Positions 53,301 through 63,999 of a stretch of 64,000 nt of DNA are shown here, piece after piece. Source of the DNA: an uncultured Spirochaetota bacterium (GTDB lineage Bacteria; Spirochaetota; Brevinematia; Brevinematales; JAOACQ01); contig CAWAOD010000015.1 in NCBI GenBank assembly GCA_963783575.1, positions 1 to 64,000 of the forward strand. Direction: 5' to 3'. Numbering within the stretch: position 1 is the stretch's first letter; every line of letters begins with the position of its first letter. Made by a program: the position numbers and the translations under genes. The notes beneath the pieces are model-generated. The model searched no databases. It saw only the letters and a list, made by a program, of their open reading frames with translations, and had not been told where the DNA came from.

Positions 53301-56300
53301 TAGATAATAAATGCCGTCATCGCGAGTGTTCGAAATAAGAAAATTGGTCGATTCGAAGAAGTTATATCCTGACATCACGGAATTCGTAAAAATAATACTG
53401 CCGTTATCCCTGGAAAGATTGACACTGTAATTGCTTAGATGATCGGAAATATTCACATAAACATCTTTACGGGTATTGTAGTATTGGCCGTTCGTAACTT
53501 TACTGACAGCGATGGCAGGAGGTACGCTGTCAATTGTAAAATCAAAGGCGTTAGTTAATAAATACATCTCGCTTTGTGCCCTCGCCTGGGCGTTTATATC
53601 CACATGATAATCCCCGTCATTGGCAATGCTGCAAGCCAGCCCGTTCGTAATATTGAAGGTTTCTCCCGTTCCGCCGTTACTGATAGTTATGATAAGGAAT
53701 TCTTGCGTTCCGTTCGTAACAAAAGCATTGAAATGCATGGTTTCGTTTGTGTAATACACACCCTTCGACAATACGCAACCGTCCATCCCGAAGTAAGCCA
53801 GGCCGGGAAGAGTATCGGAAATCCAGAAGATTATATTGGTAGACGCCGTATTTCCCGCCATATCCGTGGCAAACGCTTGAAAATTATGCTTCCCGGTATT
53901 GGTGATGGGCGTATTGTAATAGTTAACACCGTCCAGTTTCATTTCAAAGTTGCTTGTATGACTGTCGGACATTGCCGCTATATTCTCAATATTTGTAAAA
54001 TAGGTTTCGTTGTTTTCCACATTCAATGTAATCACCGGGGGAGTCCTGTCGATACTGAAAAGGTTGGTAGCCGCCGAGGTATTCCCGGCCATATCGGCGG
54101 CAGAAACGGCAAGCTGGTAATCCCCTTCGTTTGTTATGAGAGTATTTGTGTCGAAAGCCGCGCCGTTAAGGTAAAACGTATAGTTTGACAGCGCCATATC
54201 GCTGACGGTGATTGCCGGTTTAACCTGGTAATACACCCCGCCGGACGCATTAAAGCCGATCTGCGGAGGAGTCCGGTCATAATAAAAGTTCGCGCTGTAA
54301 AGATTGGTATTCCCGGCTTTGTCCGCGGCCATTATGCTGAGAGTGTGGCTTCCGTCGGACAGGGCCTGGTTATTCCATGGAATTCCATCTATAGTGATAA
54401 TGTTTGTATCGGGATAAATCTCGCTCACGCTGATATCCGGAATATTCGAATAATAACCGCCGTTGGTTATTCCGCAAGAAATCCGGGGCGGCGTGAAATC
54501 GAACACAAAAAGTATATTTGTGGAATTTGTATTCCCGGCCTTATCAGCCGCGATTACGCCGATGACGTTGCTTCCGGAACCGGTAACCGTTCCCGTAAGC
54601 GATACAGGATTACCGTTGAGGATTGCCGATGCACTCAAGATATTATCATCAGCGGCCTGGATCGTATACTGAATAGCCTGGTTATAAAAGGCGCCGTTCC
54701 GCAATCCGCTGACCGTGATTACAGGCTTTACAGTATCAATGGTAAATTGCAGAGCCCGGTTTGCTGTCCTCCCAAGTATATCGGTACAGCTTACTGTCAG
54801 GGTATAATGCCCGTCCGGGGCCAGTGGGAACGAATCCTGCATGGCGTTTCCGTTTAATACGGCCGATTTATTTTTTATCATTCCCTGGTAAATAATGGAA
54901 ATGTTCCTGGGTGTGTTATAGAAAGAGCCGTCGGAAACATCATTAATAGTAAATGACGGCTGGGTCCTGTCTATTTTTAATGTAACGCTTTTTGAAATGT
55001 TATATGCCATACTGTTAAGCTGTGCCGTCGCGTACACATCAATCCTGTAATTCCCGTCATCGGTAATGTTGACGGAGTTGCCGGAATCTTTCCCATTGAC
55101 ATAAATGCTCATGGACTCTAATGTCCCGTTCGAGACGGCAGGGCTTACCTGTAAGGAGTTTGATGTGTAGTAAGTGTTGTCATCAGGATTGTAAACACAG
55201 TTCTTTAGGTTATCCATAGATATTAACGGCGTATTGTCCGCGATCTGGAAGGTTATATCCGTCGACGATGTATTGTTTGCCCGGTCGGCTGCAGTAACGC
55301 TTAAAACATGCTGGCCGTCTGTCATTATTCCCCTTCCGTTATAAGGCGAATGGTCCAGGTAAACCGATAAAGTGTTTGTATGCGCGTCTTCCGCGGATAC
55401 ATAAATCACCATATTGGTAAGATAGGTATTCCCTGTACCGACATTCGCCAGTATCTGCGGCGGAGTCCGGTCGATCGAAAACATATCCGTAACCGCGGTT
55501 TGATTTCCGGCTCTATCCATTGCCTCAACCGAAAGGCTGTAATCGCCTTCTTTAATCATAGCCGTATTGGTATCATATGAATATCCGTTCAGATAAAACG
55601 CGCAGTTGGACAGAGACATGTCTGTCACTGTGATCCCTGGTTTTAACTCGTAATAAACTCCGCTACCGGGTGTAATCGTAACAACAGGGGGATTTTTGTC
55701 AAAATAAAAGTCCGAGGAATAATAATTGGTATTTCCCGCTTTATCCCTTGCCGTTATGGTAATGTTATGCGGCCCGTCGGATAATTCCTGATAAGACCAG
55801 TCGGTATTGTCGATCTTCACGGAGCTTGAATCAAGGTATGTATCATTGACCTGGATTCCCGGTATGGAAGAATAATACTGCCCCTGTAAAAGATTACAGG
55901 TAATTGACGGCGGGGTAAAATCAAAGATGAAGGAAATATTGGTATCGGTTCTATTCCCCGCCTTATCCACCGCGGTTACTGAAATTGTATTGCTCCCGGG
56001 GTTTGAAAGATTACCGCTTAAAGAAACCGCCTGCCCGTTCAGATAAGCCTGTATGCTCTGAAGCGCCGGGTCATCTGCCGTAATGGAATATGAGATAGCT
56101 TTATTATAAAAGGCGCCGTCTGATAATCCGCCGAATGTCACAACCGGCCTCGCGGTATCGATTGTAAAATGAACGGTGTTACTCGCCTGCCTGCCTAAAA
56201 TATCCATGCAGTCAGCCTGAATGGTATAATCTCCTGAATTCACAAGGGTAAGAACATCGGGCGCATTCGTTCCGTTCAGAAGAATTTCTTTACTTTTAAT

Positions 56301-59300
56301 CAGGCCCTGCATTCGGATCATAACAACCCTGCCGGTATTATAATAAACCCCATCCTGGACATTGCTTATCAAAATTACCGGCGGAGTCCTGTCAATCGCG
56401 ACAGTAAAATTACTTGACAGGTTATAAATTTTTCCCTGAAGTTTCGCCAGCGAGTAGATTTCAAACTTATAATTCCCGGCGTTGGTCAGGCATGCTTTTC
56501 CCGGGCATTCGGCGCCGTTTAAATAAATCAGGAGTGATTCCTGAGTCCCGTTCGCCACAAATGCGCTTATTTCCAGAACGGCGTTGGTGTAATATTTGTT
56601 GTCGGACGGGTTGTATACGCAGCCTTCCATTCCCTTTACCATAAGGCTCGGATCAGAACCGCTGATGTAAAAGGAAATATTCGTGGAATTGATATTGCCC
56701 GCCAAATCCGCGGCGTTAACGGCCAGCGAATGTATTCCGGTTGCCGTTATACCGCCGCCGTAATAAGGGCTGTTGTCAAGCAACGCGGTCAGGGTATTGG
56801 TATGCGGGTCAACCGCGGTTATCTGGATCGCCATATTGGCTCTGTAAGTCTCCCCGTTATTCGCGTTTAAAACAATCTGCGGTGGAGTACGGTCGATATT
56901 GAATTTCACGCTTTTGTACGACCAGTTACCCGCAAGATCGCTCGCTTCTACAGTAAGGGTATGATCCCCTTCGTTTGTAATGAAAGTATTGATATCATAC
57001 GGCACCCCATCCAGGTAATACGCGGCCCCTGAAAGCGCGTCATCCGCGACTGTAACCACAGGTTTAAGCGAATAATAGACTCCGTTATCCGGCTTTATAT
57101 CTATACTCGGTGCAGTAGTGTCATAATGAAAGTTCGCGGAATAATCATTCGTATTACCTGCTTTACCGTAAGCCTTTATTTCAATATGATGCGGTCCTTC
57201 GGCCAGCATCTGGTTCATCGCATCCTGTTTCTTCCATTCTACACCGTCCATCAGGACGGCCAGTGTATTATCACCGGCGCTGTCAAAGATACTGAGTGGA
57301 ATATAATTGTAATACCCACCTTCCTCTATACCGCAGTCAATGGCAGGGGTAGTATAGTCGAAAACAAAGAATATGTTAGTCTGTGTAAAGTTTCCTGCCC
57401 TGTCCGCCGCTTCGACTCTCAGGATATTTGTCCCGTCGCCGCTGAAAGAATTCGAAAGGGGAATTTTATTTCCGTTTAAATAAGCCGTAACGCTTTGTAG
57501 ATTATCATCATTCGCGGTAATCGAATATCCTGTCTTCTTATTGTAAAAGGCCCCATTCTGAAGGCCGTTGATTACTATCTCCGGACTTTTCCTGTCAATG
57601 GAAAACGCGATCGTTTGACTGTTTGTCCTTCCTAAGATATCGCGGCAGCTTAATTCCAGTGTATAATTTCCTTCTTCTTCCACGTTAAACGTATCCATCT
57701 GGCGAACACCGTTGAGTTTGATTATTTTCGAATTAATTCCTTTCGATGGGATATGGTCCCCCATTGATATTGAAATCTGGTGCGAATTATTATAACATCC
57801 GCCGTTGGTTACGTTATCCGCCTGGATTACAGGCCCGGTGCTGTCAATTGCTAGGTTCAACTGCCTGGATACGGTGCAAAGCTGCCCGCCCGTTTCCGCT
57901 TCCGCATTAATCTCAACCCGGTGGGCCCCTTCTTCGGTAACATTAGCGCTGTCCGCGTATTCTCTTCCGTCAACGTATATTTTCAGCTTTTTCACTGTTC
58001 CGTTTGTTACAAAAGCCTGAAGCGATAAAGGAGCACTGGAATAATAATAACTGTCGTCATTATTCAAAATGCAGCCCTCCATCCCGTTAACCAGGATAAC
58101 CGGACAGGAATCGCTGATATAAAAAGAAAGGTTTTTCATATTCATATTTCCGGCCGCGTCAATAGCTTTAACGGATAAATCATGCGCGCCTAAAGCAGTG
58201 ACTCCTTTATTATCATATTCTTCTCCGTCAAGCAGTATTTCAAGCAAATTGGTATTCAAATCGAATACGGAAGCCGTTATCCCTGTATTTACGGGATATG
58301 TTTCCCCATCCTTTAAATTAACCGAAATTACCGGAGGTGTACGGTCAATGATATATCTTCCGGATTTTATCTGGAAATTCCCTGCCTGATCACTCGCCTC
58401 AATTTTAATATTATACTCCCCCTCCTGATTCAATAACAGGCTTGTATTTGTTACCTGATCATTCAAAAATACCAGGAAATTCGTAATCCCTGGCTTTGAG
58501 AAAGAAAATGCGGGGCTTGCCTCATAATATACCCCTTCGCCCGGCGTAAAAGTTATCACCGGCGGGATTGTATCGATGTTAAAATTCGCGGAAAAACCGC
58601 TGGAGTTTTTCGCTTTATCGACAGCCGTTATACTGATATTATGCTTACCATCGCTTAATTTTTGACCGGCCCACCCTGCCCCGTCAATTTGAATATTTGT
58701 CGTATCCAGGTTCGCATCATCAATATAGATATTCGGAAGCGCCGAGTATACCCCGCCTTCATGAATACCGGAATATATGCCCGGAGGTGTAAAATCAAGT
58801 GTTAGATGTACAGAACCGGTGTAGATTGTGTTTGTAATATCAACGCTTTCCCCCCTGGCCGAAACATCAAAACTGCCTTCATTGGATAAAACATCACCGG
58901 TTTCTACCCCGTTGACATAATACCGGATAAAAGGAATATTTTCAATTGTTTTTAACGAAAGAGGCTTATTGTAATATCCGCCGTTCGAAATCATAATATT
59001 TGTGAAATGCAGAGCCATATAATTGGTATAGCAAGAAAGGATTTTGACATTATTTGAAGCCGCCGAACTATTACCAGCCATATCAGAGCTTTCAACAGTT
59101 ATGGAATGACTGCCGCTTGCCAGAATAAAATTACTGTCCGCCGATACTCCATCAACCCATATCCTGGTAACGGCCGGGTTTTGTTCGTTAACTTTCACGG
59201 CATTATTAACCGGACTCGCTCCGGTAAGGCTTGATGCCACTTCAATTTCGGGAGGCGTTGTATCAACGGTAAAGATTTTATCTTTCGATAGTCCCCCTCC

Positions 59301-60620
59301 GCTTATTCTGACCGTATAATTCCCGTCATCCAGACCGCTGAAAAGATAATTACCGCAGTCTATCTCCCCGGATGAAATAAGCGGTGAGCTTTCGGTATCG
59401 GTAAATACAGAAACCTGGATCGGCCCCTGTATTTGGCCGGTATAGGAAATATCCAGTAAGGAAGTATTAAAATAACGGTTGGTAGAGCTGTTGATCGTTA
59501 TTGAATCTAAACTGCTCTGCAAATTTGTCAGGGTATTTACGTTAGTTATAAATGTCTTAATGTGGCCGGCCTGGTCATATGCCTCAATTTTCAGGCTTCC
59601 ATTCATCGGGGGCAGAGAACAGATAATCCCGTCAGCCTCAAATTCGGAATTATAATAATTTCCGCTGTTTGTCCAGATTGTGAAATTTTTAAAATTCTCA
59701 TCTTTTATTCTTCCAAATATGTAATTGCTGATCGCGTAAACAGTTATTTCAGGATCTTCCGGGTCATAAACGATTGTTACATTTTTCGTAAAATCATTAC
59801 CCGCTTTATCCAGGGCATAAATTTCAATAAATTGATTCCCTGATAAAGGAAGAATCACAAAATTCGTATTCCAGGTAAAATTTTGATAACTGTTAAGTTG
59901 AATCGTCATTTTCTCAAAATTATCTTCCCGGGTTAAAATTCCGATATTTGTGTTTGAAGTGATGTAATACGTCCCCTTATTTGTAATATTCCCATCCAGT
60001 AATACGATCTCGGGTTTTGTTTTATCAACAATAATATTGGTCTTATATGCCATTTCCCAGAGTACAGGCACATTATTATAAACCGGAATAACCTGGAGCG
60101 TATAAAGGCCGTCGGTTATATTACTCTGGGTAAAATCACTTGTGAACGCCTGGCTTCTGCCGGTTACCCATTTAAAATTTTTGTTGCCGTTGCTTAAAAT
60201 AAACCACAGGCCGTCGTAATTATTTGTGGATATTTTCACGTCCCCTGTTAATATCAGATTGCTGCCGAAGTATATATTGCTCAGGTTAAGATTGACGCCG
60301 GTTTCCGTATTGACCGGTTTGTAAGGTCTGGCGCTTTCATTGCCGAGATCGTCAAACGCGCTGACGGCAACCTGGTAATTTCCGTAATCTCCGGTTGTTA
60401 TTCTGTAATTAGTACCGGTAGTGGAAAAATTGGTTCCCCAATTATCATTTGTAACAAATATATTGTATCCGCATTCCATGGAGCCTTTCATTACTTTATC
60501 CCAGTGGAGAAGTATATCCATATTGTCCGGGGTCCAGGCAACATTGCCCGGGGAAGCCGGGGCATCCCTGTCGATGACAAATGAGACTGAATTTGTCACC
60601 ATATTACTGTCATCATCCAT
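50382..60620 (-). CDS. Giant Ig-like (Big) repeat surface protein; probably the C-terminal part of 60613..63999
   Basis: Dozens of DxTPPxI...GxYxLxVxAxDxAGN repeats; no signal peptide of its own; the same frame is open upstream of the annotated Met. Confidence 0.85.
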   Translation of the reverse strand: MDDDSNMVTNSVSFVIDRDAPASPGNVAWTPDNMDILLHWDKVMKGSMECGYNIFVTNDNWGTNFSTTGTNYRITTGDYGNYQVAVSAFDDLGNESARPYKPVNTETGVNLNLSNIYFGSNLILTGDVKISTNNYDGLWFILSNGNKNFKWVTGRSQAFTSDFTQSNITDGLYTLQVIPVYNNVPVLWEMAYKTNIIVDKTKPEIVLLDGNITNKGTYYITSNTNIGILTREDNFEKMTIQLNSYQNFTWNTNFVILPLSGNQFIEIYALDKAGNDFTKNVTIVYDPEDPEITVYAISNYIFGRIKDENFKNFTIWTNSGNYYNSEFEADGIICSLPPMNGSLKIEAYDQAGHIKTFITNVNTLTNLQSSLDSITINSSTNRYFNTSLLDISYTGQIQGPIQVSVFTDTESSPLISSGEIDCGNYLFSGLDDGNYTVRISGGGLSKDKIFTVDTTPPEIEVASSLTGASPVNNAVKVNEQNPAVTRIWVDGVSADSNFILASGSHSITVESSDMAGNSSAASNNVKILSCYTNYMALHFTNIMISNGGYYNKPLSLKTIENIPFIRYYVNGVETGDVLSNEGSFDVSARGESVDITNTIYTGSVHLTLDFTPPGIYSGIHEGGVYSALPNIYIDDANLDTTNIQIDGAGWAGQKLSDGKHNISITAVDKAKNSSGFSANFNIDTIPPVITFTPGEGVYYEASPAFSFSKPGITNFLVFLNDQVTNTSLLLNQEGEYNIKIEASDQAGNFQIKSGRYIIDRTPPVISVNLKDGETYPVNTGITASVFDLNTNLLEILLDGEEYDNKGVTALGAHDLSVKAIDAAGNMNMKNLSFYISDSCPVILVNGMEGCILNNDDSYYYSSAPLSLQAFVTNGTVKKLKIYVDGREYADSANVTEEGAHRVEINAEAETGGQLCTVSRQLNLAIDSTGPVIQADNVTNGGCYNNSHQISISMGDHIPSKGINSKIIKLNGVRQMDTFNVEEEGNYTLELSCRDILGRTNSQTIAFSIDRKSPEIVINGLQNGAFYNKKTGYSITANDDNLQSVTAYLNGNKIPLSNSFSGDGTNILRVEAADRAGNFTQTNIFFVFDYTTPAIDCGIEEGGYYNYIPLSIFDSAGDNTLAVLMDGVEWKKQDAMNQMLAEGPHHIEIKAYGKAGNTNDYSANFHYDTTAPSIDIKPDNGVYYSLKPVVTVADDALSGAAYYLDGVPYDINTFITNEGDHTLTVEASDLAGNWSYKSVKFNIDRTPPQIVLNANNGETYRANMAIQITAVDPHTNTLTALLDNSPYYGGGITATGIHSLAVNAADLAGNINSTNISFYISGSDPSLMVKGMEGCVYNPSDNKYYTNAVLEISAFVANGTQESLLIYLNGAECPGKACLTNAGNYKFEIYSLAKLQGKIYNLSSNFTVAIDRTPPVILISNVQDGVYYNTGRVVMIRMQGLIKSKEILLNGTNAPDVLTLVNSGDYTIQADCMDILGRQASNTVHFTIDTARPVVTFGGLSDGAFYNKAISYSITADDPALQSIQAYLNGQAVSLSGNLSNPGSNTISVTAVDKAGNRTDTNISFIFDFTPPSITCNLLQGQYYSSIPGIQVNDTYLDSSSVKIDNTDWSYQELSDGPHNITITARDKAGNTNYYSSDFYFDKNPPVVTITPGSGVYYELKPGITVTDMSLSNCAFYLNGYSYDTNTAMIKEGDYSLSVEAMDRAGNQTAVTDMFSIDRTPPQILANVGTGNTYLTNMVIYVSAEDAHTNTLSVYLDHSPYNGRGIMTDGQHVLSVTAADRANNTSSTDITFQIADNTPLISMDNLKNCVYNPDDNTYYTSNSLQVSPAVSNGTLESMSIYVNGKDSGNSVNITDDGNYRIDVYATAQLNSMAYNISKSVTLKIDRTQPSFTINDVSDGSFYNTPRNISIIYQGMIKNKSAVLNGNAMQDSFPLAPDGHYTLTVSCTDILGRTANRALQFTIDTVKPVITVSGLRNGAFYNQAIQYTIQAADDNILSASAILNGNPVSLTGTVTGSGSNVIGVIAADKAGNTNSTNILFVFDFTPPRISCGITNGGYYSNIPDISVSEIYPDTNIITIDGIPWNNQALSDGSHTLSIMAADKAGNTNLYSANFYYDRTPPQIGFNASGGVYYQVKPAITVSDMALSNYTFYLNGAAFDTNTLITNEGDYQLAVSAADMAGNTSAATNLFSIDRTPPVITLNVENNETYFTNIENIAAMSDSHTSNFEMKLDGVNYYNTPITNTGKHNFQAFATDMAGNTASTNIIFWISDTLPGLAYFGMDGCVLSKGVYYTNETMHFNAFVTNGTQEFLIITISNGGTGETFNITNGLACSIANDGDYHVDINAQARAQSEMYLLTNAFDFTIDSVPPAIAVSKVTNGQYYNTRKDVYVNISDHLSNYSVNLSRDNGSIIFTNSVMSGYNFFESTNFLISNTRDDGIYYLSVSAVDVLNRKVNSNIQFTMDYTQPDIQFNATNRSYYFKNNGISYFFGNNRVDFFGYIEDLNLDISKVSISNTLKITNSSTNQTNIYFAGTAAGDGKYPIFISAKDLAGNQADISTNTNMSNMIIIDGTPPVVNMLNFTNNMCVTNITSSIIITDDNLKFYQITILSNNITNTNIQYSNGNVGQTVSSTNSFSFLSNEGDYSIKTVAIDYAMNTNTNTNVYIYFSIDRTAPTNFIVYNPLYISTGGYYNATAKSIGNITVSNYDLHPSNQIILLSNQSALLSGITNYGTNFTNISMTALADGIYHINVRSMDRAGNSTNTNSSFTIDTIPPVINVSGIMNDQWINTNITVTIALTDVNMLYYAITNTNENIAISSNTSASNLITISYTNSGMHVLSIYAQDKAGNTNFMIITNYIDKTAPFITTLQSILNYYNFCPVDIGIKITNSIQNNNNEIHFILSNNNILLSNGNLASGTVTLNPIHISNLGTNAVTITAWNKACNTNSTNFIIIIDTNTPDISISGVPSVPVNTNITVSISITDPYLYISGCSNEIYTNGIRIQSINGSGTASFYLTNEATNMLIVNAIDMAGNISNVTNSFVIDKTPPSITFSNMTYGERVNSGNLNIIANDALSGMRSVFWVLSNNTSNTYADSGNSIQLAIKSECTNGDGQYTAYVTAVDVAGNTSNNNFQFYFDNTGPVVTFNKDSVDVSGASNINNPVQLDFASSYWLYGGNKYLSPNNDNRKVKIHISDDAGIKYICITNNQAQLYIDSNPTSNDFEFPLSTFNDTNTRYLEVIAEDSLENINSIPYKLGYCYYDSQQPNITFNNLSSLVPCGDGWLGSSNNYQIFVNVSDPAGIKSIRGYGTNISYLYGINASPDWGTTPAVGRYIINLSCAAGSWMSNNVIVVATNNFGVAATNSQMYIVDRKAPWCLYSCSGGSISITPGDTPLNNVTGTLHVFQTLTSNYVSPEGGG

Positions 60621-63600
60621 AACGCTGGCTTCCAGAATATAGCAGCCTGTGTTTGAAATTAAAAATACCCCGCCGTTGCTGTCCCATAAATATTTCCAAA
60701 GGTAATTTTGTAAAATTGGTATTCATACTATTGCTCAGAAATGTATTCGTTGAAATACTTACAGCCGACAATGATGTATTTGTTGATACCAGCCATCCGT
60801 CGTCTTTTAAGAAAATAATTCCCGTCACCGTTCCGTTTGTTCTTTCCGGAATGCCCTGGATTGTGATCTCGGGAGGATAGTTCTGAGCCTGGTAGTTGAC
60901 ATTCAGAATAGCCGGGACGCTCTCGTTTGAAGATGTGTCCACAGCGGTCAGGCCTATCTTAGACAGGTTCTTTGAAGTAAATGTATAAACATTTGTTAAA
61001 ATAAGACCGTTTGTCAGAAGAACTTTCGCGCTGAAATCCTGGCTGATCTGGTAAAGATAATAACCGGCAAGGTCTTTATCCGTATTTGTATCCCAGCTTA
61101 CCCGGATGATTTTATTTGTTATATCAACAGCCAATCCACTGGGCTTGTCGGGCGGGGTTGTATCATTGCTGTTATCATATTTGAAGACCCAGTTAGTCTG
61201 ATCAGCTATGTTACCGACCATATCGGCCACTTTCAGGAATTTAACCAGGACATCACGCTTTATTTTTGGAGGGTAAATCCTGCTGAAATCAATCGACAGG
61301 CGGTTATTTCCAAAATTATATTCAGCTTCGCCGTTGGTAATGATTACTCCGTTCACGCTGATAACAAAATTTGTATCCACGCCGCTTTTATCATCCTGAA
61401 TATCAATCCAGGCTGTTGAATCTGTGAGAGTCCCATTATTAGTAGGATAACAATCGCCGAAAGCCGGAGCCGTTTTGTCCAGCATTATCTCAACCGGGAC
61501 ATGATTTGTTTCATCGCCGTTCATGCTCTTAACAGATAGATCGCCATTTATAATGTCCTGTGAATCTTCCAGATTCATTTGAAACTGCCGGTAATTATCG
61601 CTCATAATATTAGTGCTGTCTTCAACCGGGATCAATGTTTCCCCGGCATTGATACCTGTACCGCTTAAATTGACGCCGACGTACCTGCTTCCGTCTATTC
61701 CGAGTGCGCGTATGGAATAAATGTTGCTTCCCGGCCTGCCGTAAATAACAGGCGTGGTGACAGTATTGGTATTATTGCTGCTGAGCTGGCTTAAAAGATT
61801 ATCCGCCGGTTCTTCAGCAGTTTGTGAGGCAACGCTTGCCGGAACTGAATTATTAACGGCAGGTACCGCGGGGACGGACGGTGAATTGATCGTACTGCCT
61901 GCGGTGACATTCACTGTCTGCTGCTGCTGTCCGGCTGAAATACCTTGATTAACGCCGCTTCCGGAAGCGCTGAATTGAGACTGGCCTGATTGTGAAGAAT
62001 CGACAGGCTTTTCATCGGTATTCGATAAATTAAAATTTTGAGAAACACTTTGCGCGGTTTGAAATCCCAGCTGGCTCTTGATAATTAAAGAAATGTCATT
62101 AACTTTAAGAGGAACAAATTTAGAAATAATCCGAACCCTGTAATTTCCTTCCTCCGTAGCCGGGAGCACAACTTTTTCCACATTATTGATATAATCGCCG
62201 GAGCTGATTATTTTCCCCGATGGAGCCGCCACTTCCAGATCAAAGTCATCAATAAGGTTCATAAGCGAGGATTCGAACGCCGGCGGATCAGTCCAGCTCA
62301 GGACTATTGTTATTTTATCATTCTGTTTGACCGTAAAATCAATATTTCTAAATTCATCGCTATCCGTAAAATGCTTGATTGTTATATGATTCGTATCAAT
62401 CGGAGAATTCAGCATAAGCCTTCCGTATCCCGACTGCAGTGAAGGATTGTCTTCCATTGTATTGGCTATCAGTAAAGATTTAACTATGCTGTGAGTCGGC
62501 GTTAAGTTAAAAATGTTTTTTATTACCCCGGTTAATCTGGATACAAGCCCGCTCACAACAGCCGCAGCCTGGCTTGTGCCGCTTAAAACAGCATATGAAT
62601 TATTCAAACCCAGTGAGTTTACACCGCTCCCCTGAACGGATATCTCCGGTTTAAACCTGCCGTCGTAGCATGGCCCTCTTCCCGAATAAAGCGCCGTATC
62701 ATTACCGTCCAGGGCACCGACCGATATTACGTTCTTTGCGGTTGCCGGCGAAGCGATGCTGTTCCCGTTATTCCCAACAGCGGCTATAATAATCATTTCA
62801 GGGTGGTCATAAACAAACTGGTCAATATCCCTGCTGATCGACAAATAAGTACCGGCCAGGTTATCGTCATAAGTGCCCCAGCTTAAATTCGCTATATAAG
62901 AATTATTCAGGATCGACAGGTTAAAAAGATTCCTCATTGACGGCGGGATTGTCAGGCCGGTAAGGCTGTCTCCCATTGCAAAAAACTGGATTTTCGCTTC
63001 CGGATTAATGCCGCTGATCTGGCCGCCCGAATTATTGCCCCGGCCGGCTATAATTCCGGCGACATGCGTTCCATGCGGTACAAATTCACCTGTGTCGTTA
63101 TCGCCGGCTGTTTCATATATATTAGCAAGAACACCGGATAAATCGGCATGTTTATCGTCAATACCCACATCATAAACGGAAACATTGGCAGGACAGGATT
63201 GGAGAATATTTGCGTTGACTCCGCCAAATGCGACAACTTTTCCAATAGTTCCCGGATCAACTGAAAAAACAGAAAGATCCCTGTATTTTTCAACTCTTAA
63301 TACTTTTTCTTCAAACAGGATGGCTTTAACATTTGCGGAATCGACAATAAACTCCTTTCCAGTATTTCCAGTTATTTTAATATGATTCCCGGCGCAGAAT
63401 GAATAAAACCAATTTGTGTCATTTATATCCCATAGGCTGACTTTTGCCTTTTTTATATTCTCAATATCCCCGTCGCTTTTTGATATTTTCATGAAAGGCT
63501 GGTAAGGAACGTCGGATACAAAACCTTCAAGGTTCTTTATAATCTGGCCGGTATTGCTTAAACGGACAATAACCGTATTATCGGGAATATAATAACCGAA

Positions 63601-63999
63601 AATAACGCCTTTTTTTACCAGGTAATTCTGGTAATCGGCATCGAATCTTTTTACTTTTAAAAGATAGCTTTCAATTTTTCTTTCGTCTTTAATCAATTTT
63701 TGATCGGGATTTATATTAACAAGTTTTGTTCCATCGAATGAAATAACTTCTTTACCATTTTCATTACCGGCTGATATTTTATATTTTTTATTGAAATCGG
63801 TTATTTCCAATTCTTTAGCGGGTTTAACTTTCATTTCTTTCTGCTTCGGCTGATTATCTTTTAAATAAACCGGCGATTCATTGCTTATTATTAATGATTC
63901 AACCCTATTGATTTCATTCTGTTTTATATTTTTCTGGCAGGAAACTGCTAAACCTAATAAGAACAGAAAACTGAATAAAAAAATGTATAATTTATTCAT
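60613..63999 (-). CDS. Lipoprotein S8 (subtilisin-family) serine protease with FN3/Ig domains
   Basis: Lipobox LAVSC; VYDVGID, HGTHVAG, GTSQAA catalytic motifs. Confidence 0.9.
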   Translation of the reverse strand: MNKLYIFLFSFLFLLGLAVSCQKNIKQNEINRVESLIISNESPVYLKDNQPKQKEMKVKPAKELEITDFNKKYKISAGNENGKEVISFDGTKLVNINPDQKLIKDERKIESYLLKVKRFDADYQNYLVKKGVIFGYYIPDNTVIVRLSNTGQIIKNLEGFVSDVPYQPFMKISKSDGDIENIKKAKVSLWDINDTNWFYSFCAGNHIKITGNTGKEFIVDSANVKAILFEEKVLRVEKYRDLSVFSVDPGTIGKVVAFGGVNANILQSCPANVSVYDVGIDDKHADLSGVLANIYETAGDNDTGEFVPHGTHVAGIIAGRGNNSGGQISGINPEAKIQFFAMGDSLTGLTIPPSMRNLFNLSILNNSYIANLSWGTYDDNLAGTYLSISRDIDQFVYDHPEMIIIAAVGNNGNSIASPATAKNVISVGALDGNDTALYSGRGPCYDGRFKPEISVQGSGVNSLGLNNSYAVLSGTSQAAAVVSGLVSRLTGVIKNIFNLTPTHSIVKSLLIANTMEDNPSLQSGYGRLMLNSPIDTNHITIKHFTDSDEFRNIDFTVKQNDKITIVLSWTDPPAFESSLMNLIDDFDLEVAAPSGKIISSGDYINNVEKVVLPATEEGNYRVRIISKFVPLKVNDISLIIKSQLGFQTAQSVSQNFNLSNTDEKPVDSSQSGQSQFSASGSGVNQGISAGQQQQTVNVTAGSTINSPSVPAVPAVNNSVPASVASQTAEEPADNLLSQLSSNNTNTVTTPVIYGRPGSNIYSIRALGIDGSRYVGVNLSGTGINAGETLIPVEDSTNIMSDNYRQFQMNLEDSQDIINGDLSVKSMNGDETNHVPVEIMLDKTAPAFGDCYPTNNGTLTDSTAWIDIQDDKSGVDTNFVISVNGVIITNGEAEYNFGNNRLSIDFSRIYPPKIKRDVLVKFLKVADMVGNIADQTNWVFKYDNSNDTTPPDKPSGLAVDITNKIIRVSWDTNTDKDLAGYYLYQISQDFSAKVLLTNGLILTNVYTFTSKNLSKIGLTAVDTSSNESVPAILNVNYQAQNYPPEITIQGIPERTNGTVTGIIFLKDDGWLVSTNTSLSAVSISTNTFLSNSMNTNFTKLPLEIFMGQQRRGIFNFKHRLLYSGSQRYG

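Noticed and set aside
36900..63400. Many short ORFs antisense to or overlapping rhs and the Ig/protease genes
   Set aside because: Shadow frames of long genes, with no motifs or RBS support.
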